A DNA stretch of 64,000 nt, taken from positions 251,720,001-251,784,000 of the forward strand of contig OZ024741.1 in NCBI GenBank assembly GCA_964016885.1, in the 5' to 3' direction. Numbering within the stretch: the first letter of the stretch is position 1; every line of letters begins with the position of its first letter. The stretch comes from Eledone cirrhosa (lineage: Eukaryota). Positions 54,955 to 64,000 of this stretch are shown piece by piece. The translations under genes were made by a program, and so were the position numbers. Under the pieces are notes generated by a model. It saw only the letters and a program-made list of their open reading frames with translations, was not told the DNA's origin and ran no database searches.

Positions 54955-55340
54955 ACTAGAAACAAATTAAAAGAGAGAAGGAACTGTCTTTAAAAAAAAA
55001 AAGTATAATTGTCAGAAGAAGAAATAGAACACTGTTTATCACTTAGATAGAAATACAAGATAATAATAAAGCATTGTTTATAATTCACTTCTTGCACTTT
55101 CAACTTTCACAGGCCTTGCCAACTTATATAGTACCCACTAGTGTCAGTCCTGCGCGGTGAAGTGTCTGCTTAAGTGCATCTCCTTTGCCATCTTCTAGGG
55201 CAATGTCCTCCCCGTCCTGTCTGCCAAGACCAAGAGGCAGCTGACTAAGCCTTAGGTTTCATTTATGGTGGTCACACATAGACTAAATTTACTTAATCTT
55301 TAACCACAATATGTATGTGGAATGGTATTTATATATATCT

Positions 55341-55370
55341 CCTGATGAAGGACTTATGCCCGAAACGTCG
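55341..55370 (+). ncRNA. Truncated minimal hammerhead motif
   Basis: C-CTGATGA-AGG(ACTTATG)CCC-GAAACGTC^G. The 3' strand of stem I is replaced by a C run. Confidence 0.4.
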
Positions 55371-55931
55371 CCCCCCCCCCTCCACACTCTCTCAAGCATG
55401 AACCTAATATCTAGCACTTTTTGTAACTGTACTCCTTCTTGTTGTCATCTACTTTTCCTATATATATAAGTTGCCAGATCATCTGTGGCGCCGCAACCGC
55501 CCACCAACTACGGGACAGATGATATGAGATATATATATATATATATATATCAGCATCATCATCATCATCACCATTTAATGTCCATTTTTCCATGCTAACA
55601 TGGGTTAGTTACGTTGCTCCGTTTGAGGCAAGTTGGGTCCATTGACCATGTCTTGCTTACACAGAACTGTTTCTGGCTTGGTTTCTACAGCTGGATGCCC
55701 TTCCTAATACCAATCACATTTATATAATATAGATGATTCAATGATTTTCTGAGAGGTGGTACCAGTATGAGTACGTGATGCATAGGGTCCATAGCTCCCA
55801 TAGAGGACCCTGAGCCAATCATCTGTGAAATATGTATAACAGGTCTTAATGAAACTTCATCTTTTTTTATAAATATATATATCAAGTAAGTATGTTTTGG
55901 AACAGTGAGCAGGTTTGAAATTAGAAAATAG

Positions 55932-56123
55932 AATAGCTTTCACCGTATTTTTTATTAAAGGAATTTTAGCCTGATAATGGGGTTTAGAACCCTCAGATAA
56001 ATGATAAAAGATGAGTATTGACGTACATGGGAGTCAATACTCATCTTTTGCCATTTATCTGAGGGTTCTAAACCCCATTATCAGGCTAAAATTCCTTTAG
56101 TCAAAAATACGGTGAAAGCTATT
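55932..56123. repeat. Near-perfect inverted repeat, ~91-bp arms, 10-nt loop
   Basis: AATAGCTTTCACCG...GTATTGAC [GTACATGGGA] GTCAATAC...CGGTGAAAGCTATT. Confidence 0.9.
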
Positions 56124-56142
56124 ATATATATATATATATATG

Positions 56143-56210
<68 letters not shown>

Positions 56211-56211
56211 T

Positions 56212-56264
<53 letters not shown>

Positions 56265-56277
56265 TACATATATATAT

Positions 56278-56882
56278 GGTGGCTGCCAACTTGTTTTTGA
56301 GTACGGCCACTACTTTATATCCATGTAGGAGAACCCCTACCGATGCGATGAACGAGTGTGACTTTTTAGTCAAGCCAGCGACTTGAAAACTCTGGTACAA
56401 ACACTACACTTGTGACAATTATTGACACATAGTGCTGGGCCCATGGTACCATGTGATGACAAGTGCAGAGAGATCTCCAGATATAAAGCAATGCCTGTGC
56501 CGTGAAGCTCTTATAGTGAGCAAAGTCACTGCACAAAGCCAGTCCCACTCTCTTAACCAAGATGATATTTACCAAAAAGAAGAACAAGTCAACATCATTG
56601 GATACCATCAGGGTTGCAGGTGTTATATCAGAGTTTTCCTTCTCCTAGAATTCTGCCTTGACAAAGGCTAAGGGGTCATCTCTCCCGGTGATTTTGGATG
56701 GCCATTGACTCTTAAGAGCTCCTTTGCCCTTTGACAAGTTTTGTTTTTAGTCCTGCAGGATGTCCAAAGTCACCCTCCTCACCAAGAAACCTTGGTGGGG
56801 TTGCCAGTTTAGTCGCCAACGACCCGACCATGAGACAGGTTGTACTGGCATACATGTTACCAGTAGCACCAACTGGTGACCA
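56278..56882 (-). mobile_element. Unclassified ~600-bp insertion between (TA)n tracts, possibly derived from an RTE 5' UTR
   Basis: Minus strand has CTAGGAGAAGGAAAACTCTGA and GGCAACCCCACC, which I recall from RTE-like 5' regions (not verified). Confidence 0.35.
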
Positions 56883-56897
56883 TACATACACACACAC

Positions 56898-56949
<52 letters not shown>

Positions 56950-56950
<1 letters not shown>

Positions 56951-57145
56951 CCACACTGTAAATGTGGTTGGTGTTAGGAAGGGCATCCAGCTGTAAAATA
57001 GCCGGCCAAATTGACAGTCCACGCCGAAGCAAAGTGCGACATGGCCAACCACGGCCAGACTTACCTCCTGACATGGACGATCCGTCTAACCCATGCAAGC
57101 ATGAAAGAATTGATGCTAGACAGATGATGAAAATGATGATGATGA
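56950..57145 (+). mobile_element. RTE/SINE 3' tail module (similar fragments at 55555-55720, 43968-44065 and 42110-42180)
   Basis: CACACTGTAAATGTGGTTGGTGTTAGGAAGGGCATCCAG...AACCCATGCAAGC, then (GAT)n. Confidence 0.7.
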
Positions 57146-57353
57146 AAAAGATGACATATATAGGAAGACTAGGCTGGGGGAGTTTAGAGATAACCTCAAA
57201 TCGCTGAATCTCATACAGAAGATAATGAAGGAATGTGATGAGAGGTGAGATTTTGTGCTGAAAAGGACCCATTCAACCTGTGCAAACATGGAAAAGCAGA
57301 CTTAAAAATTATTACTTACATATATATATATACATATACATATATATATGAAA

Positions 57354-57636
57354 TATATGAAATATAAGAATCAAAGAACTGTTCAAAACATTATTGTGCT
57401 TACAGCTGTTTCCTCCAAACCGAGGTTTGGATTCTTCGGAGCAATTTATTAATGAATGGACAGTTATATGACCTCCTTTTCAGCCATGAATCGGTATGTC
57501 TCTTGGCTGAAAAGGAGGTCATATAACTGTCCATTCATTAATAAATTGCTCCGAAGAATCCAAACCTCAGTTTGGAGGAAACAGCTGTAAGCACAATAAT
57601 GTTTTGAACAGTTCTTTGATTCTTATATTTCATATA
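57354..57636. repeat. Near-perfect inverted repeat, ~133-bp arms, 17-nt loop, with an HHR motif in each arm
   Basis: By eye the arms differ at one position (CCGAGG vs CCTCAG). Loop at 57487-57503. Confidence 0.9.
57547..57593 (+). ncRNA. Hammerhead motif with U4C core (mirror copy at 57397-57443, minus strand)
   Basis: TGCT-CCGAAGA-A-TCCAAAC(CTCA)GTTTGGA-G-GAAAC-AGCT-GT-A^AGCA. Stem III is the palindrome ACAGCTGT. Confidence 0.7.
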
Positions 57637-57837
57637 ACTGCTCTGTAAATCATCTGATGTTTTTACATTAAGCTACTTAACTTACTGGTAATAAGGTAGT
57701 AATATATTACTGCCTACAGCTATTTAGGGTTTGTATATAAAAAATACAGATAACTGCATAAGGTTTTTGTATTTACATAACCATAAATAGTATAATTAAT
57801 ACTAATTAATACATATATATATCATAATTTTTCATCA

Positions 57838-58166
57838 TTTCATTTTACGTCCGCTTTTTCCCTGCTTGCAAGGGTGGGACGGGAACTGATTCTGGCTTGA
57901 TTTCTACAGCTGGATGCCCTTCCTAACACCAACCTCATTTACAGTGAGTGCTGGGTGCTTTTTTGCCGTGGTACCTCCACGACCACTTTGCAGTGGAATG
58001 ATTGGGACCCCAGTTCCTATCATCTCATTTCTACTGCTGAGTAAACTGGAGCAATATGAAATAAAGTGTCTTGCTCAAGGAAACAACACATCACCCGGTC
58101 TGAGAATTGAACTCACAACCTTTCGATTGCAAGGCCAATGCTCTAACCACTAAGCCATGTGCCTCC
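57838..58166 (-). mobile_element. SINE family A, full length
   Basis: Matches 20322-20647. Confidence 0.85.
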
Positions 58167-58204
58167 ATATATATATATATATATATATACATATATGTAT
58201 ATAC

Positions 58205-58236
<32 letters not shown>

Positions 58237-58456
58237 ATACATATACATACATATACATATACACGCATATATATACATATACATATGTATATGTATATAC
58301 ATATGTATATATATATGTATATACATATGTATATATATGTATATGTATATATACATATGTATATATATATATACATATATACATATATACATACATATAT
58401 ACATATATATATATATACATGTATATATATTTATAAATATATATATATATATAATT

Positions 58457-58489
<33 letters not shown>

Positions 58490-60177
58490 GATACATACAT
58501 ATACTTAGATATGTATACATACATGTGTGTGTGAAAATGTATATATATAGGTATATTTTCTTCAATATATATAATGTCTGTCCATCCAACAGTGAGTTAT
58601 TTCATTGATTTATAAACTTAAAATAAAGAATACAAAATCTTAAAACCTTAAAATAAAAAAAATATAAACCACATAAGATGAAAGCTATTTCATTCAATGT
58701 ATTCTTCGTAATTTTGACACTTTTGTCAGAGAGATGGATAGACGATGCATATTAATCAGCAGTAAAACCATGAGAAAATCTGTGAAAAGTTGACATTTTA
58801 TAACTGAAAGCTAAATTCATCTAAAGAATATGAATAAAATATTTGTCATTTCATGAGTGATATGTAAGTACTTCATGGTGTACAGATGAAACAAAGTGTC
58901 ATCGGATTCATATACATAGATTGTAGATATGTTGGAATAAATCAATGTCATCTCCAAAACATAACACAATAAGCTTGAGAAATGAAGAAAAATGAGGAGA
59001 CGCTTGGGAGGGAGATGGGGCAACATCTCAAAATACATTAGCCTCTCTCTCCGAAGATAATCCGACTGTTGTTGTGTTAGGCACTGACCCCCCCCCCCCT
59101 CTCCCCCATAACATGGAAGAAAGGAAGATAGCTAAATACCAGGACTTGACTGAAGGCTTCCTTTTTGTGCCGTCTCCATGAAGATCTTTGGTCTTCTCAG
59201 TCTCCGTGCTGCAGTTTTCCTCTGCAAAATAAGGAGGAATGTATCCCACCTAAGGACGGAGCTCCTATGAGAAAGAGTGACTGATGCAGCAGGGCTCTGT
59301 GGCAAGGCCTTTGCCATTTTGTTCATGGGGTGCAGTTGAAATACCTGCCTAGATTAGACTGTAGAGTCTGCCCTCCTACCTCTACAATTCACTATTTAAT
59401 CCCCCCCCTCCCCCTTTTAAAATCAAAATATTGTCCTAAGGAATTTAAATCTTTCTTTTATCTCATTATCATTTGCTGACTCCATCTGAGAGAGATAGTG
59501 CACTAACATGACTCAGTTACTCTCAAAGTTTCCTATTTTGCATGGCTTCATTTTGTTTGTATAAATCTAGACTGAACCATTTATAGACATTGTCTTGCCA
59601 GCACCTCAGTGAACTACCCCTATTTCTTTTACCTTGAATCATAACCTCCATATATGTTTTAGAAAGAAAGATGTTTTGGGGTATAATAATATGATAATGA
59701 AAATTATTGTATACAGTGCTCCGATGCAGTATAACTGTGAATGTTTTACATGACCAAAGAGCTTCAGGACTTTGTTGATGATACACATTATATATTTTAT
59801 AACTATGGCACAGCAATTCATAAGGAAAAAGTATACTCTATAAGTCTACGTTCTAAGACTAAGCTTTATTGCGATCTATTATCTACATTAAGAAAAGATT
59901 GGTTAAGGTAAAAGTGAAGCATGTTATCTCTAGTAAATGACTTACCATTATGGTGTCTAACAAAACCAGTAGGGATAGCAACAACAGTGGGTCTACTGCC
60001 AAGGAAGGGGACACTAGATGGTACTGAGATCCTCACTTCCAGGTCCCTACATTTCAATGGGGTAACCTAAGATTTAGAAAATTTAAGCTGACATGCTTAT
60101 TCAAAATAATCACCTTAGAATTAAAGACCATCCCCAGCACTGATCCCCAGCTATGGACCAGTACAGCAGGGTTTCAG

Positions 60178-62560
60178 TGGTGATGGTGGTGGTCGTGGTG
60201 TTGGTGGTAGTGGTGGTGGTGGTTGTGGTGTTGGTGGTAGGTGATGAGTTGTTGGTTGTGGTGGTAGTTATGTTGGCAGTAGAGGTTGTGTTGTGGTGGT
60301 AAGGGTTGTGTTGTTGTTGGTAGTGGTGGTGGTTGTTGTGGTGGTAGTTATGTTGGCAGTAGAGGTTGTGTTGTGGTGGTAAGGGTTGTGTTGTTGTTGG
60401 TAGTGGTGGTGGTGGTGGTTGTGGTGTTGGTGGTAGTTATGTTGGCAGTAGAGGTTGTGTTGTGGTGGTAAGGGTTGTGTTGTTGTTGGTAGTGGTGGTG
60501 GTGGTGGTTGTGGTGTTGGTGGTAGGTGATGAGTTGTTGGTTGTGGTGGTAGTTATGTTGGCAGTAGAGGTTGTGTTGTGGTGGTAAGGGTTGTGTTGTT
60601 GTTGGTAGTGGTAGTGGTGGTTGTGGTGGTGGTGGTAGTTATGTTGGCAGTAGAGGTTGTGTTGTGGTGGTAAGGGTTGTGTTGTTGTTGGTAGTGGTGG
60701 TGGTGGTTGTGGTGGTGGTGGTAGTTATGTTGGCAGTAGAGGTTGTGTTGTGGTGGTAAGGGTTGTGTTGTTGTTGGTAGTGGTGGTTGTGGTGGTGGTG
60801 GTAGTTATGTTGGCAGTAGAGGTTGTGTTGTGGTGGTAAGGGTTGTGTTGTTGTTGGTAGTGGTGGTGGTGGTTGGGGTGGTGGTTGTCGTGGTTGTGGT
60901 GGTGATGAGGCCAGCAATGTTTGTGGTAGTTAGTAGTAGACTGGTTGATTGGTGGTGAACTGGTGGTGATGGTGGTCTGGTGGTGTGATGGTGGTTTGGT
61001 GGTGTGATGGTGGGGGTGAGATGGCAGTGGTAGGCTGGTTGGTTGGTGGTGAACTGGTGGTGATGGTGGTCTGGTGGTGTGATGGTGGTTTGGTGGTGTG
61101 ATGGTGGGGGTGAGATGGCAGTGGTAGGCTGGTTGGTTGGTGGTGAACTGGTGGTGATGGTTGTTTGGTGGTGTGATGGTGGTTTGGTGGTGTGATGGTG
61201 GGGGTGAGATGGCAGTGGTAGGCTGGTTGGTTGGTGGTGAACTGGTGGTGATGGTGGTCTGGTGGTGTGATGGTGGTTTGGAGGTGTGATGGTGGGGGTG
61301 AGATGGCAGTGGTAGGCTGGTTGGTTGGTGGTGAACTGGTGGTGATGGTTGTTTGGTGGTGTGATGGTGGTGGTGAGATGGCAGTGGTAGACTGGTTGGT
61401 TGGTGGTGAACTGGTGGTGTGATGGTGGTTTGGTGGTGTGATGGTGGGGGGTGAGATGGCAGTGGTAGGCTGGTTGGTTGGTGGTGAACTGGTGGTGATG
61501 GTGGTCTAGTGGTGTGATGGTGGTTTGGTGGTGTGATGGTGGGGGTGAGATGGCAGTGGTAGGCTGGTTGGTTGGTGGTGAACTGGTGGTGATGGTGGTC
61601 TAGTGGTGTGATGGTGGTTTGGTGGTGTGATGGTGGGGGTGAGATGGCAGTGGTAGGCTGGTTGGTTGGTGGTGAACTGGTGGTGATGGTGGTCTGGTGG
61701 TGTGATGGTGGTGGTGAGATGGCAGTGGTAGACTGGTTGGTTGGTGGTGAACTGGTGGTGATGGTGGTCTGGTGGTGTGATGGTGGTTTGGAGGTGTGAT
61801 GGTGGGGGTGAGATGGCAGTGGTAGGCTGGTTGGTTGGTGGTGAACTGGTGGTGATGGTGGTTTGGTGGTGTGATGGTGGTGGTGAGATGGTAGTGGTAG
61901 ACTGGTTGGTTGGTGGTGAACTGGTGGTGATGGTTGTTTGGTGGTGTGATGGTGGTTTGGAGGTGTGATGGTGGGGGTGAGATGGCAGTGGTAGGCTGGT
62001 TGGTTGGTGGTGAACTGGTGGTGATGGTGGTCTGGTGGTGTGATGGTGGTTTGGAGGTGTGATGGTGGGGGTGAGATGGCAGTGGTAGGCTGGTTGGTTG
62101 GTGGTGAACTGGTGGTGATGGTGGTTTGGTGGTGTGATGGTGGTGGTGAGATGGTAGTGGTAGACTGGTTGGTTGGTGGTGAACTGGTGGTGATGGTTGT
62201 TTGGTGGTGTAATGGTGGTGGTGAGATGGCAGTGGTAGAATGGTTGGTTGGTGGTGAACTCGTGGTGATGGTGGTCTGGTGGTGTGATGGTGGTGGTGAG
62301 ATGGCAGTGGTAGACTGGTTGGTTGGTGGTGGTGAACTGATGGTGATGGTTATTTGGTGGTGTGATGGTGGGGGTGAGATGGTAGTGGTAGACTGGTTAG
62401 TTGGTTGGTGGTGAACTGATGGTGATGGTTATTTGGTGGTGTGATGGTGGGGGTGAGATGGTAGTGGTAAACTGGTAGTGATGGTAGTGTAGTGGGGTGT
62501 GATGGTAGTGGTAAACTGGTAGTGATGGTGGTGTAGTGGTGTGATGATGATGGTGGAGGA
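60178..62560. repeat. Two adjacent GGT-rich minisatellites (~80-86-bp unit at 60260-60870; ~72-87-bp unit at 60950-62470)
   Basis: Anchors GGTAGTTATGTTGGCAGTAGAGG and GAGATGGCAGTGGTAGGCTGGTTGG. Confidence 0.9.
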
Positions 62561-62779
62561 CTGGCTGGTTGCTGATGGACTTGTAGTGGTAGGCCTGTGG
62601 TGTAGAGTTGGTTTCAGATGGGTTGGGATGGAGATAGTGTGGTGCACTGAAGGTATGGTGTGGATGTGGTTGTGGGATGGTAGCGTTGTAGTTTAGCAAT
62701 TGAGATGCTAGGCTGATGCATGATGCACAGCTATTGTAACAGCAGTTGCAGGCTCTAACATGCATTAGCATGGATTCAC

Positions 62780-62904
62780 ATGTGCATGCATGTGTGTGTG
62801 TTTCAATGCCGGTATGCATGTGTGTATGTATGTATGTGTGTATGTGTGTATGCATGTGTTTGTATGCATGTATGTGCATGAATGCATGTATTTATGTTAG
62901 CATG

Positions 62905-62955
<51 letters not shown>

Positions 62956-63920
62956 GTATATGTATGTATATGTGTATGTATGTGTTATATGTATGTATGT
63001 ATGTATAAATGTGTGTGTATGTATGTATTTGTGTGTGCATATGTAAATATGTATGTGTGTAACTATGTGTTTATGAATATATGTATATGTATATATGGAT
63101 GTACACAAATAGGCTTATATATATGTATGTATGTTTGCATGTATGTATGTATATATGCATATATGTGCGTATGTATTAGTGTGTATGTGTGATACTGTGC
63201 ATGTGTCCATATATACATAAGAGGTATGTATGTGTGTAATTGTTAGTATTATGAGAAAAAACCCAATAAATGACATCATCAAGGCTGATATAGATACTAC
63301 TAACACAACACCACCACACCACCACACCACCATTTCACCACACCACTACACCACTACATGACCACTCCACCACATCACTGCTTCAGTAAACCAACAACAC
63401 CACCATACCATTATATGACCACACCACCACACCACTATCTCATTACACCACCATACCACCACACCACCACACCACCATATCACCACACCACTACACCACT
63501 ACATGACCACTCCACCACATCGCTGCTTCAGTAAACCAACAACACCACCATACCATTATATGACCACACCACTACACCACTCTCTCATTACACCACCATA
63601 CCACTACACCACCATATCACTACATGATTATATGACCACTCCACCACATCACTACTTCATTAAACCATCATACTACCATACCATCATATGATCACACTAC
63701 CTCATTATACCGACATATCACACCACTACTTCATTACACCACCATACCACCCTATCACCACTCCACCACACCACTACCTCATTACACTTCCATACCACTG
63801 CAACCACACTCCACCACATCACTACCTCATTACACCACCATAACACCATAGCCCCACTCCACCACACCACCACACCACTACATCATTACACCACCATACC
63901 ATTACATACAACACCACAAT
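62780..63920. repeat. (TG/TA)n, then degenerate (ACC)n with a ~145-bp duplication
   Basis: Seen directly; CTGCTTCAGTAAACCAACAAC occurs at 63378 and 63524. Confidence 0.85.
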
Positions 63921-64000
63921 ATCAAAATCTCCCAACATAAATTTATTAAAGAAACTTTTGTTAAGTAATGTTCCAAATGAAAAACGTTAGTTAGTATCAC

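Overview
Repeat-saturated, AT-rich eukaryotic DNA with no host protein-coding gene that I can support. The mix of (TA)n, (CA)n, (CAT)n and (TATC)n arrays, RTE LINEs, tRNA-headed SINEs and TTAA-CCCTTT MITEs resembles a cephalopod (octopus-like) genome; this is an inference. Almost all long ORFs in the track are translations of simple repeats. The real coding remnants are all transposon-derived: a head-to-tail stack of 5'-truncated Tx1/L1-type retrotransposon copies, each ending in (TATC)n (1-4.4 kb); RTE-clade LINEs, including one long copy at 22.0-25.2 kb with a PHD-like C4HC3 finger inside the RT; an R4/Dong-like RT plus restriction-like endonuclease (RLE) element; a DD37D (maT) mariner-like element; and Penelope-like (PLE) ORF ends. 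The main signal that the ORF track misses is about a dozen type I hammerhead ribozyme (HHR) motifs. They belong to several sequence families, sit in short non-coding modules between (TA)n tracts, and are often duplicated as inverted (fold-back) arms. All structures were folded by eye; no database search or folding program was run.
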